Positions 47,201 to 58,489 of a stretch of DNA of 64,000 nucleotides are shown here, piece after piece. Source of the DNA: Veleropilina oligotropha (lineage: Eukaryota); the NCBI GenBank assembly GCA_048128005.1, contig JBEUKZ010000139.1:124001-188000 (forward strand). The letters run 5' to 3'. Numbering within the stretch: the stretch's first letter is position 1; each line of letters opens with the position of its first letter. Both the position numbers and the translations under genes were made by a program. The notes beneath the pieces are model-generated. The model saw nothing but the letters and a program-made list of their open reading frames with translations. It had not been told where the DNA came from and did not search any database.

Positions 47201-47235
47201 AATCTCAAGTTAAGGAGCTTTGAGTAAGCGGGCCC
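44206..47235. repeat. 3-kb foldback: two ~1.45-kb inverted arms capped by Harbinger-like ends
   Basis: Arm 44206-45660 is the diverged reverse complement of 45793-47235. Termini ggccccgcttactcaaag / ctttgagtaagcgggcc in CWG context. Confidence 0.9.
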
Positions 47236-49094
47236 AGGTCTTGCAGATGTCGTAAAGGCTGCCTGGTGTAGGCAGTTTATGATGCTGATTTATTGACTCT
47301 ACACGCATGTACTCAGTCCCAGTGACCAGTTCTATATATTTATAATTATCATTATTTATTTTCTCTCCTTTTTCCCACCAGCTGACTTGGACGCCATTAC
47401 TGAAAATGTTTAAAGGGGCTATATCTTGTAAACGGTGCATCTTAGACATATAGTTACTATGGGGAGCTTATGGGAAGTCATGGGTAAACTTTCGAAAATG
47501 ACCTTGACCTTTGACCTCAGTGACCTAATTAGCGAAAAATTGCCGAACTCGGAAAAACGCAGGGGATGGAGTGCAATGGGTAGTGGGAACGTATTTGACA
47601 TCGCATTTCCAAGATGGCGGAAATCGGACGCCATTATGGAAATTGTTTCAAGGGGCTGTATCTTGTAAACGGTGCATCTTAGACATATAGTTACAATGGG
47701 GAGCCTATGGGAAGTCATGGGTAAGCTTTCAAAAATGACCTCAGATGACCCAGTTAGCTGTAATTGACCTAATTCCATGATTTTGGGGGTAGAAAGCTGA
47801 AATTTGGTTTGCATGTAGATATGGTGTTTATTAAGCGCCTGTACATTTTTCAGCTAGGTGGCGCCACTGGTTCGGCAGTAATTGACCTAATTCCATGATT
47901 TTGGGGGTAGAAAGCTGAAATTTGGTTTGCAGGTAGATATGGTGTTTATTAAGCGCCTGTACATTTTTCAGCTAGGTGGCGCCACTGGTTCGGCAGTAAT
48001 TGACCTAATTCGAAGATTTTTGGGGTAGAAAGCTGAAATTTGGTTTGCAGGTAGATATGGTGTCTATTAAGCGCCTGTAAACTTTTCAGCTAAGTGGCGC
48101 CACTGGTTCGGCAGTAATTGACCTAATTCGATGATATGGCGGGTAGAAAGCTGAAATTTGGTGTGTGGGTAGATGCTGTGTTTGCGAGTGCCTGTAAACT
48201 GGTCCCTGAATTGGAGCCCTAACAGCTGCTTGCAGCTTTAATTCACATTATATTTGTAGTGTAAATGAGGCACTAAACCGGACTATTTTAAATCGGTTCA
48301 AACCGGTTTATTTTAATTCGGATTATATTAATTTTGTAGTGTAAACAGGGCTTTAGTGTGCTTGGAATGAATTAATCAGCACTGTTCATTCAAGATTCAA
48401 ATAATTAATGGTCATTATACTAAATTGGCAGTCTTTATATATATGCCTAGTATATCTGTATGAAAGGAGTTTGTGATAATAGGTATTGTGTGATAACATT
48501 AATTTATTATCCAAACTTGACAGTTACTGAATGTATTACAGTATGTGTAAAATTTGACAAAAATTGCCTTCATTCTGTATATACCCTTTTTTTCGTGAGA
48601 TTGCCCTATACGCTGCTCCTATCTTTCAATAATTCGACATTTACATGAATCTATGGTAATGTTTCTTAAGGTATATTCATTTTTCTCTTTTAGAGTAAAT
48701 TACCAAACTGAGATGCAAATGAAGAACAGCTCATCTATATGGTCTACTTGGAATGGTAGTCATTTGTTTTGTGGTACATGGAAAGATTCCTGTAAATAAA
48801 TTCTCATATAGGCACATTTTCAGCGAGAGTTCACTTACTGAACAACTAGGAGAGATATTCAGACATTTTGATAACGAGTTACCGGTAATTGAAAGCATGT
48901 TAAAACACACTGTTGACAATCCACATTGAAAGTTGATTCCTGATACGAAGAATCGGATGACTTGTCGTTGTGTTAAACCAATCCTTCAGTAGCTGATGTA
49001 AATATCCACATTATCCACCACGGGGAGAAATCACACAATTGTTCAGTGCATGACAAGTTAATCTGCCACTCGTTCGTGTCGTCTAAACGTCCAT

Positions 49095-49631
49095 ATGGCG
49101 TCCTGCAACAAAAAGGATCGATGCCAATGCGCTGTGTGTGGAGTGTTAATCAGTCGTTCGCATCTAAATAAACACATGTCGTGGCACACAGATGGAGTGA
49201 AGACGCACCAATGCACAGAGTGCGGCAAGCTTTTCCGCATTCCGGCTTACCTTAAGATTCATATGCGAAGCCACAGCGGTGAGGAAATGCACCAATGCAC
49301 TCTGTGTGACAAGTCGTTCACCGTCTCGAGCACTCTCATTCGACACATGCTGACCCACACAGGGGCCAAGGATTATCATTGCGAAGTCTGTCACGCGTCT
49401 TTCGGCCACTCTTTTACTCTGAACAGACACATGCTTTCGCACAATGGGACGAAATCGTTTGCTTGTTCTCTGTGCGATAAGGCGTTCACTCACGTGACTG
49501 GCCTAAATAGACACCTGTTCACGCACACGGGACAGAGGCCATACACGTGTGAGGTCTGCGAGAAGACGTTCAAGCGTGCCAATCACGTCAAGCGGCACTC
49601 GCTCATCCACAAGCGGGACAAGCCACCGTGA
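49095..49631 (+). CDS. C2H2 zinc-finger ORF (6 fingers) with decayed upstream fingers; possible pseudogene
   Basis: Six CxxC..HxxxH units with TG linkers. Acceptor tttttctcttttag at about 48693. Intervening sequence has finger-like remnants with stops. Confidence 0.75.
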   Translation: MASCNKKDRCQCAVCGVLISRSHLNKHMSWHTDGVKTHQCTECGKLFRIPAYLKIHMRSHSGEEMHQCTLCDKSFTVSSTLIRHMLTHTGAKDYHCEVCHASFGHSFTLNRHMLSHNGTKSFACSLCDKAFTHVTGLNRHLFTHTGQRPYTCEVCEKTFKRANHVKRHSLIHKRDKPP

Positions 49632-49777
49632 TGTGTGACGGTGTACTGTATTTATATCAACAGAAAAATCGAATCGTTATTTTCGTTATGAACAATTACG
49701 AATACTTTAATAAAAATAGGATATTTTGTGGATCTCGTACGACAATGCATGTTTTTAAATTTCACATTTAACTTGAG

Positions 49778-49995
49778 CCGCTCCGACATTCGCGTATTTT
49801 CGGTTGCAGACTCCAAAAAATCACTGGCTTCTTTCCGCTGACGCGAACAGTAGTGGGTTCGAATCTCGATTGGAACACTGCATAATATGTCATTATTTGT
49901 TCATTTTATCAATCACAGTTGTCCGTAACTGATCGGAGATGGCGAGTGTCCCTGGGCTTTGTGATATTATGGACATGTCCTGCTATGAACCGAGT
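49778..49995 (+). mobile_element. Diverged SINE copy
   Basis: tcactggcttctttccgctgacgcgaacagtagtgggttcgaatctc..ggacatgtcctgc matches the main family. Confidence 0.7.
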
Positions 49996-50683
49996 GTTAA
50001 TAACTCCATTGTTCCAGTTAACAATACATTAATGTGTTATTAACTTAACTCGTCAATCTCTGTGCTATGCTACTGTGACTCTGCAACTACTTTATCTTCA
50101 ATTGATAATATGTTACTCAGGGATTTCCATGACGTCAATTGACCCAGTTACGTAGCTTTGTGTATGTGTTCATACGCCAACACGTGTTAATGTTTATGTC
50201 GCAATCGGTGGAGTTTGGCATCAACAAAATGCATTATATTCGAACTGCTGACCTCTGCAGCGAGTGACTCCCTCTCACATATATTTATTTAGTCAATATT
50301 TAATATTTACTAAATGAAATCAAATAAGCGTGGATCACTGCAAAACATTGAAACGGTCTTTCTTCACGCATGACCGCATCCATCTTGTTTCATTCTAAAT
50401 ATATACATGTATGCAGGATTAATTCCTCTGGGACAACGCTTTATTTACACATAAACTGGGTGTTTGGAGTGCATTTTCCGATAATCACCATGTAAATATG
50501 TGGTTACCAATCATTAAAATAAAGCCAACATTAAAAAAAAATTTAAATGTAATGTCAAGAACGAGATGAGGCGATTGGCCTCATAGTGCAATGTGATTGG
50601 CCTCATGGCGAGGGGCAACGGTCGCAGAGACTGTATGGACGGACACGACAGGAGAAGGGAAGTAACTCTGCTGGAGATAGTTA

Positions 50684-50980
50684 CAGGGTTCGTACTTGTC
50701 TTGGAAAACCTGGAAAGTCCTGAATTTTTATTTTATTGTATTGTCCTGGAATTTACTGATTATGTCCTGGAATGTCCTGGAAAATTTAGTTTATCATACT
50801 TTTTTGTGTCAAAACCGACATGTATTTAATTTTTGTGTTACTTTATATAAAATTTTATGACATTATAAAATATTTATATGCGATCAACTATTGTCTTAGA
50901 CTCACAAATGTCCTTGAATTTCAACAAAAATGTCCTAGAAAGTCCTTGAATTTTGTCAAATCCCAAGTGTATGAACTCTG
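50684..50980. mobile_element. hAT6-like MITE
   Basis: cagggttcgtac ... gtatgaactctg with tcctggaa repeats; 6-bp flanks tagtta / tagttg. Confidence 0.65.
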
Positions 50981-50989
50981 TAGTTGATT

Positions 50990-51320
50990 CGTGTCACTGA
51001 CATTAACAAAAGATTTGGCAAGCTGCCAATGAAAGAGTTTCCAGTCAAATCAGACCCCAGAGAACGATATGGTGAGCAATTTCATGTTTTAGGGGTGAGA
51101 GCTTGCAATTTACAATAGTACTGATTTTCACGGTTTGTATAAGTTATAACAAATAATACAGCTGCCACCCCTTGGCAATATACACATAACAAGCCTCGAT
51201 ATATCTCGGCTTGTTATGTGCATATATCGCTCGGACTGGCAGTGTATTATCTATTGCTTAATCATCGATTCAATCCGCTGCTAGTGCAAATAAACAAACG
51301 GTCTTAGATTGGTTGCTTCT
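50990..51320. repeat. Inverted copy of 17608-17935
   Basis: Extended reverse-complement similarity, including the cacataacaagcc..ggcttgttatgtg palindrome. Confidence 0.85.
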
Positions 51321-51536
51321 GCGATATTGTCGTCACTTTTGCTTCAGGTTGCCAAATGCAGCATTACCATATTATATATTGGCCACCCTGCCCGAGTCTG
51401 CGGGATCGTGACGTCTGACTGCTCTGATTCACAGGGTTTGGGCAGTTAATACTAATAGTCACAGCTGCCCATAACTAATGGTGCGGTGGGTCTTCCATAT
51501 GGATATGTCCTGGTATGACACTGAAGTGTTTTAAAT

Positions 51537-51800
51537 GAGGGAGGGAGGAATGATGCTTAATGTCCTGTATATTTACAACATCGAGGTTCAAGGCAGGACA
51601 TGTCCGTGTTATCGCTGGAGGAAACCCCGGTCGCCTGGGTAAACCCGCCCTCTTCGGCCAGTCGCGGACAACTGTGATTCATAACTTTAACAAATGTCAA
51701 TGCCTCAGCCAGGTATTGAATCCACCACTCTTCGCACTAGCAGAATCAAGCCAGTGAATTTAGAGTGGACACTCTTACCCACTGCGCTACCGAAGGGGCC
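51537..51800 (-). mobile_element. tRNA-derived SINE, full-length
   Basis: Near-identical to 10600-10858. Confidence 0.9.
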
Positions 51801-52986
51801 TAAATAAATAATGTCTTTTGGCGCTTAACTAGTATTTTTTATAAACATTTAATCAAAAATGTGTCATGACCGAAGCGGCCTGTTTTAAATGAGTCGAGCA
51901 TCAATCCAACCCAACATACATTAGAGTTTATGACGTACTGTGGGTTGCACTCCAATCATGGTTATACGAGTCTCATATTTTTCTGGAATTCCTGTCTTCT
52001 CTGTGTATCGACAAGTTCTATCGTCGAGTGATGGTGACTAAAACTGTGTCAGAATAGGGAACCACAGCAACTCGATGTAGCAACTAGAAATCCTGTCACT
52101 TTTGAGGCACAAAACCAGGTCGGCATTTGAAAATCTTGTGAATTTGGATGACATGCACCGTCAGCACGACCTCTTTACGACAGAATCGATAGGAGAACTA
52201 GGCAATATATATCATGTTCATATTCTAAATTGTTACTGGCCTCTACAGTGGCAGAGTGGGTAATATCTGTATCTCTCGAAACCTGGCATTGCTGATTTTG
52301 GATTTGGCTAAAGCACGCAGTATGTGGTCCATATCGACGTCATGTTAATCTGAGCACGTTTCTCATGCTAAAGCGATCGTATATAATGCTCAAGTTCCCC
52401 CTTTAAGATCATACAAGGGCATGTCCATATCATCATGGATGAAATCTGACATCGGTAGCCAGTTTCGGACAACTGCGACTGTTATTGAATAAATTGCCCA
52501 GCTGAGGATGATCAACTCGCTTCTCTTAATGAGAGCAGCCAGGTGAAAGAATTGCGAGCTGCGCTCTTGTTCACTACACTAAGTGCGTCCCACTGGCAGA
52601 AAGTACATTCTTCAAGAAAATAACTTTTGACCTTGATCTCATCTTGCACATAACATTTACCATTTGTGATGCTGAGGGTTTATGAAAGGTTTCTTCATTT
52701 ATTAGACGTCATAAAGTAAAACAAATTTGATATTTTGATAGTGTTCATGTACATAAATGCAAATAACCGAAAATATTTTAGTACTGGCTGGATATATGGA
52801 CTAGTTTTCTGTTATTTATGAACAACTTGCATAATAATACAGGGCAGATGCACAATTTTGAAAATGGAGGGGGGGGGGCCTCATGCAGAGGACAATTTTT
52901 GCAATTAAGGGTGTGAAACTAGCTCATCAGACTCTTTAGAACACAATGTTATTTTCTTCACGAAAAGACAGTTTCCTTCACTTTGA

Positions 52987-53466
52987 TTGGCCTCTTGGTT
53001 CTTTCCTCTCGCGCTTTTCCTGAATGTGGTGCTCGCCGTGGGAGACAACTCCGCATACAAATACGGCTGCGTCTTGGCACCACAGCAACCGTATTCGGTG
53101 GCTGCCATCTGCTTTCTATTTCTGGTTCCGGCCTTCATGATTTTGTGTGCTGGCGCTACAATACAGGAAATACACCCAACAACGAGCGTCTCTGAACCAT
53201 ACGAATCCCCATGGAGTGGCGACTATAAACGGCTCATCGTTGAGTTGATCGTGGTAGATGTGCTGTTTATTGAAATGTGGCTGCCGGTCTACACATTGGA
53301 ACTGATCGCAGTGAATTACTACCCTTTGAATATGATGCACCTGGCCATGACGCTACTGGGAAACATCAACCTCGGTCATGCCATGCTTATCGTGCATTCA
53401 TCCCAGAATCCGCCAGAGCTTCAGAAGGCTGTGCTGTTGCTGCTGTCGTCGACATACGGACATTGA
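52987..53466 (+). CDS. Possible rhodopsin-family GPCR fragment (TM4-TM7); exon or pseudogene
   Basis: Four hydrophobic segments: WFFP (TM4), Cys in loop, FLVP (TM5), FIEMWLP (TM6), LGNIN (TM7). No NPxxY; non-ATG start. Confidence 0.5.
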   Translation: MASWFFPLALFLNVVLAVGDNSAYKYGCVLAPQQPYSVAAICFLFLVPAFMILCAGATIQEIHPTTSVSEPYESPWSGDYKRLIVELIVVDVLFIEMWLPVYTLELIAVNYYPLNMMHLAMTLLGNINLGHAMLIVHSSQNPPELQKAVLLLLSSTYGH

Positions 53467-54219
53467 TGAGGCTGAAGAACCTCCAGAAGAAATGACGCCA
53501 TGCATGCCATCAATGTAGCAGAATCCAGAAATGAGTATTCAAGTGTACACTCTGCAATCGAGGCTTCAAATGATTGCAAAAGACTAATGCTCAAATAAAT
53601 TCAAAAGGCAGCTATAGTGTTCTAACATTACCCTGAACGGTGCAGATATCCGCTTTGCCAAGAAGCTATATAATATGGACACATGCTGCAAATAGTTTAG
53701 ATTTCTAGTCAAAATAAAACCAATCAATGGACACTATCCAGCATCAATGGGAAAATTACTGACCAACAATTAAGATGGATGTCATCGATATCTTTTATCC
53801 AGTCACGTTGCCAGGCAAATATTTTTCTTTCGACCATTAATTTATTACCTTCACCAACTTTTCATTCATGATCATGTCACTATTATCGGGGGAGGAAAGA
53901 CTAATCACACCGGAAAATCGGCCCACTAAGTATTAAATGTAATTGAATCAAGTGCTTACACACGAGTTCGAATCCACTCCTCGGAGACAGAGCAGTGAAA
54001 CAAGTAAATTGAGAGTAAGCTTTAGTCCATTCTACTACCAGGCGAACACATTGCCGAAAGGGGTTAAAGTGTTGCATCATATTGACCAGTTTCGTTTTGT
54101 GAAGTTAAGTTAACTGGTTCATTATTCGCTTACAACCCGCATGGTTCATTATTCTCTTACAACCAGTGCGGGTGGCTTTTCTTTCAGCAAAATTACGGAC
54201 ACGCACTCGTATGACAATG

Positions 54220-54800
54220 GACAACTAGCGAATCCTCGACCCAGCAAGTTCATCCCCTCCCACAGTAGCAAAAATCAATCGACACTGTCCTCATCATACC
54301 AAATTTGAATCAAATCGGATTAGAACTTTCACTAGATCGCGCACAAGAAATCTTGTCAAACAAAATGGCCACCATCTTGTATCCAAAAATCTTTAGGCGG
54401 CATGTACTCATCATAACGAACACGCATACCAAATATGAATCAAATCGGATAATAACTTTTCACTGTAGAGCACACACAGGAAATCTCTCCAAACAAAATG
54501 GCCGCCACCTTGGATCCGAAAACTACTAAAATCGTTAGGTGGATTGTCCTCATCATAACCGACATGCATACCAAATTTGAATCAAATCTGATTAGAACCT
54601 TTCACTGTAGAGCGCACCCAGGAAATATTTTCAAACAAAATGGATCCGAAACCAACGAAAATCGTTAGGTGGCATGTACTCATCATAACCGATGTGCATA
54701 GCAAATTTGAATCAAATCTGATTAGAACCTTTCACTGTAGAGCGCACACGAGAAATCTCTGCAGCGGCAGCTGAACGATGCCTAACCCCGAAATGTTAAA
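54220..54800 (-). repeat. Tandem ~120-bp repeats of a HINE-like element
   Basis: Repeated ctcatcataac..caaatttgaatcaaatc..ttagaac..ttcactgtagagcgcac units. Confidence 0.65.
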
Positions 54801-55709
54801 TTTCAGGCTAACAATAATAAACATGCGTGCCTCTGTTCACATAGAAGACACCAGCAGGTAGCAAACTTGGTTGGTAGTATGTACCCCATAGCGTTATATA
54901 CATCGCCCACGCTTCATTGTTGTTAGCACTATGATATCCTGAAACTACATCTCTGCTTTCTGGTGGCATGACAAAGATTATATACTGTTCGTTTTGTGTG
55001 CAATTTCTCTATGGCTACAATTTAATAAATAAATATTTTCGCCATATTGGGCAATTCTCAACCCACTCGCAGTGTGTGAACTAGATCAATGTTATCTTAG
55101 AACTAGGAATATCATCGACAAATGCTCTGATAACTAGTGGTACGTTCCTCATACTGGCCCGCCTTTCGTATATAATACATCCATAGAGATTAAATAATCA
55201 ATAAATCTATAATTAATTTCATAGTAAAGTTCTGTCAAAGTATATTTTACAATAGTTCATATGACCTTAACCATTGACCCCATCTTGAACTTGGGTTGAA
55301 AATACAAGAAAACGACATTGACCTTTGACTCTGTTAACCCATCTTTGAACTTGGACAAGACCTGGGCCCAAGATTATAAAGTCAAGACTATGAACTCAGC
55401 TCAGACTCTGCAATGATCAAGAGTATTGATTTGATTACGAAACAGTCACCAGCAGACCTTTATAATCTTGGGCCCTGATGGTATACAGGGTGTATAACAA
55501 ATATGAAAGGTGTAGGTTCAGCGATTCATCTTCCATGTGACAGAAAGCAACCGTCCAGATTGAAAATACACGAAAACAATGTGATGTGAACTAGTTTACT
55601 TGACGACCACATTTTGACAATTTTTCAGACATATCAGCAGCCTGAACCTTGGTGTAACACGCATTCTTTCGAAAGACGGGTAACACGATTTTAGGGAAAA
55701 TTCCTTCTA

Positions 55710-56036
55710 CTGTATTTCCTTGAATAAACGCCTCCATAGAGAGCCTCTTGAAACATAAATGCCTACCTTGAATAGACGCCCCTCAAACAGCATTTTTACA
55801 GAAGGTACAGATAGATTAAAATGCGCAAGTTTAGATGAAAACTGCCTCGTGTATTACGATTCCTTTCATAGTACTAGTTCATCCAGGTCGTTTCAGGCGT
55901 CTGTGGTCATTTTGGCGACTTATTTTCATGAATACGAGTTCACTTTCTCCAGAAATCCTGTCTGAAAAACTAAACGCCTCCCCTGAGAGCCTCGTGAAAA
56001 AAATAAACGCCCAGGCTTAGATTCAAGGAAATACGG
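55710..56036. mobile_element. Tc1/pogo (Tigger-like) MITE with TA TSD
   Basis: ta|ctgtatttccttgaat ... attcaaggaaatacgg|ta; internal aaacgcc repeats. Confidence 0.75.
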
Positions 56037-56179
56037 TATTTGTTTTAAACTATCGACTAAACCGTGCCGGTGCAGGAAGCGAACACACATCCTATCATCA
56101 GGCAACGCTTCCCCACCAACGTTCTACCAGTTCATCTGATATAGTGCCATTCAATACAACAAAAGACGAATTCTTTACA

Positions 56180-56185
56180 TTTATT
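56180..56185 (-). terminator. RPS8 polyadenylation signal AATAAA
   Basis: tttatt on the plus strand, about 45 nt after the RPS8 stop codon. Confidence 0.7.
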
Positions 56186-56227
56186 ATTACATTTCTGCTG
56201 TCGCAATAACATCGGGCGACGCGCAGA

Positions 56228-56337
56228 TTATCTGCCCTTCTTGGTCTTCAGCTTCTTGGCGTAGAATTCCAACTCTTTCCCTTCGAGGATGAACCCATCG
56301 CAGCGACCGCACTGACCAGGACGCGAGGAAATCTTGG
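56228..56337 (-). CDS. RPS8: 40S ribosomal protein S8 (eS8), last coding exon
   Basis: cag|cc then [35 protein letters not shown]; matches the eS8 [19 protein letters not shown] signature. Phase 1 fits the previous exon. Confidence 0.97.
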
Positions 56338-56871
56338 CTGGAAAGAAAATAGCGTTATATCAATAATCAGGACTGTATATATAGTATAAGCAAAAATCGT
56401 AAGATACGAAAATAGTTGATCACAATGCCAGCATGCAGCTCACGTGACCGGAGTTTTCGGTACCGTTTTAATATCATACAGTTTTAACATCTGGCGTCAT
56501 ATTTTGGCAAGTCCATACTATTGTGGGTGGAAACCCCAAAGCAGACTTATCTACTACTGTGATCGGTACTTCTGTAGTGTATGAGCCTATAACATGACGA
56601 GATGTCATATTTATACAGGGAAATATCATTCAAACTTGAATTAGCAGAGCTATAAAAATTTTAAGATTATTGTTGTTTATTACCGAAGTTCAACCTGTAA
56701 CCTTTGAAAAGTGAACATGTAAATGTCTTTATCAAACGACAAGGCACATTACTATTGACGACATTTTTATTTAGGAAATAGATTTATTCCATAGTTCACT
56801 ATCATTAAGCAGAATAACATAACATCACTTGAAACTTAAGGAGTACTTGAATGTAAAATAAACTGATATTG

Positions 56872-57500
56872 AACTAGAAATGTTTCCATCGGACACGAAT
56901 GCCCCAACTGGCAGCTTTTACCATAGGCGCAGCCAAGATCATTTTGTGGAGTTATTTGCATACAATTAATTACTGGCATGGGCGAGTCGCAGAAGGGAAG
57001 TACTATTGACGATAAGCAAGTATATGAAGTATCAAGTCAATCCATGAGGGCAGATGGAAGTTATACATGTAGCAGAATGGAGTTGCTTGCATGCAAATAC
57101 TGGTCCGAAAAGCGAAATCATTTGATCTTGACTTTGGGCATAGGGGCGACATGGGTGGGTAAGTATGAATGATGATAAGCAAGTGTATGAAGTATCAAGT
57201 CAATCCATTAAGGCAGATGGAAGTTATACATGTAGCAGTTCTAATGGAGTTGCTTGCATGCAAATACTGGTCCGAATAGCTTTATCTTTTGACCTTGGGC
57301 CTAGGGGCGACATGGGTGGGTCGCAGAAGCGAAGTATGAATGATGATAAGCAAGTGTATGAAGTATCAAGTTAATCCATGAAGGCAGATGGAAGTTATAT
57401 CAGGATGAAGTTACTTGCACGCAATACTGGTTTTCGGGACAGGACGGACCGACAAGGGTAAATCTAAATGCCACCCCAATAAATTGGTGGGGGCATAAAA
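56872..57500 (-). mobile_element. HINE-like element in the last RPS8 intron
   Basis: Three ~170-bp tandem units (gataagcaagtgtatgaagtatcaag), ggac microsatellite, and terminal IR atgccacc..ggggcat. Confidence 0.65.
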
Positions 57501-57955
57501 AGCTGAGGATAAGTCTGGTCAATACAGTGCTCAGTTATTCGACGTGAATCTCAAAGAATAATCCAAAATGGCTGATAGTCTACTTGATAGACACCCTGTA
57601 GCAGACGCCATGCGACGTCATTTAGACCAATGAGATGCCATGAATTTGTATATAAAGAAAATAATACCTAATATCACCGGTGTGTATAGTGCTGATGTTT
57701 GCTACACATTTAATCCCCAAGCTGCTAAAACTATAATATGGACAGATATAAATTTAAATAACGCTACTCAAATTTATTTCGCATAATAGATTAGTAATTT
57801 ACTATAATAGCATTAATGCATTGACTTGACATATTCCTCTTGTCCTAGTTCAGGTATTTATATATGCTATGTACGGTTAGTAATAATAAAAGTGCAAATT
57901 AAATTTCCAAATTAATAGAATAATTTTGTTTTCAAATTTTAATCTGAGAGTTACG

Positions 57956-58057
57956 GAGGCAGTCAGTGTAACTATAACGTAGGACGTCATACGAGGCGGC
58001 GTGTGTGTCAAGACGACACCGGCCGCCTCTCCCCAGAGGTACTCATCATCCTGCCTC
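57956..58057 (-). ncRNA. SNORD46: Box C/D snoRNA, SNORD46 (U46/U40, yeast snR63)-like
   Basis: Minus strand gaggcag-g-ATGATGA...gttatagttaca-CTGA-ctgcctc, with a 7-bp terminal stem and internal hairpin gaggcggc/gccgcctc. The guide pairs with 28S helix 69 GUAACUAUGAC; the D+5 rule selects the second A. Confidence 0.88.
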
Positions 58058-58178
58058 AGAGAGAAAGGCACTCGATCCAGAAAGTTTAGCATTATGCAAC
58101 ATACTTGGCTCAACCATAGAATTAGAAGTGAATGGACAGTCTCATTATATTCCTGGCACTCAGAACTCGCAATCTCAC

Positions 58179-58308
58179 CGTAAACCCTCCCCGACGTAAA
58201 CTCTTCTTCCAACGCGGCGTCGACTTGCTTGGTCTTTTTACGCTCCTCGTATTTCTTCATCGTTTTCTTCGACCGAACTTTGTTCAAAGTTGCTTCCTCG
58301 GCTTCGGT
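58179..58308 (-). CDS. RPS8: 40S ribosomal protein S8 (eS8), penultimate coding exon
   Basis: tag|TEAEEATLNKVRSKKTMKKYEERKKTKQVDAALEEEFTSGRVY g|gtgag. No upstream exon seen before the window end. Confidence 0.95.
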
Positions 58309-58417
58309 CTACAATGGAAGGCGGATTTTAATCGCATTATAATGTGGCCTATTTTTCGTAAAACAAGTATTTTAGAACAGAATAAACATGGTTGCAAAAT
58401 ATACGTTCAAAATGATA

Positions 58418-58489
58418 AGTGTCAGATGTGTGACGTTCACCAAATATTGTAATAATTGTCAGTCCGCCCGTCACAACTCATCATTCACA
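58418..58489 (-). ncRNA. SNORD43: Box C/D snoRNA, SNORD43 (U43, yeast snR70)-like, copy 1
   Basis: Minus strand gtga-ATGATGA-gttgtgacgggcgga-CTGA(D')...tggtga..cgtcacacat-CTGA-cac. The guide is complementary to 18S CCGCCCGUC; D'+5 selects the C equivalent to E. coli C1402. Confidence 0.9.

Larger units (their letters stand above)
43298..48244 (+). mobile_element. Helentron-associated non-autonomous element (HINE)
   Basis: 5' subTIR tagggctccaa with adjacent IR tggagcccta and (tta)n. Tandem ~230-bp and ~120-bp units at 47400-48200. 3' subTIR ttggagcccta plus hairpin agctgcttgcagct. Confidence 0.8.
42973..48351. mobile_element. PIF/Harbinger-like MITE, outer shell of a nested stack
   Basis: gccccgtttacactac ... 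gtagtgtaaacagggc with shared aaaccggtttattttaat repeats in both halves. Confidence 0.7.

Noticed and set aside
57877..58287. 136-aa ORF as a standalone gene
   Set aside because: It is an RPS8 exon reading through the gtgag donor into intron and snoRNA sequence.
58463..58475. Bacterial 16S or mitochondrial 12S rRNA fragment (ccgcccgtcaca)
   Set aside because: Only 12-13 nt, and framed by C and D' boxes on the opposite strand; it is a snoRNA guide.
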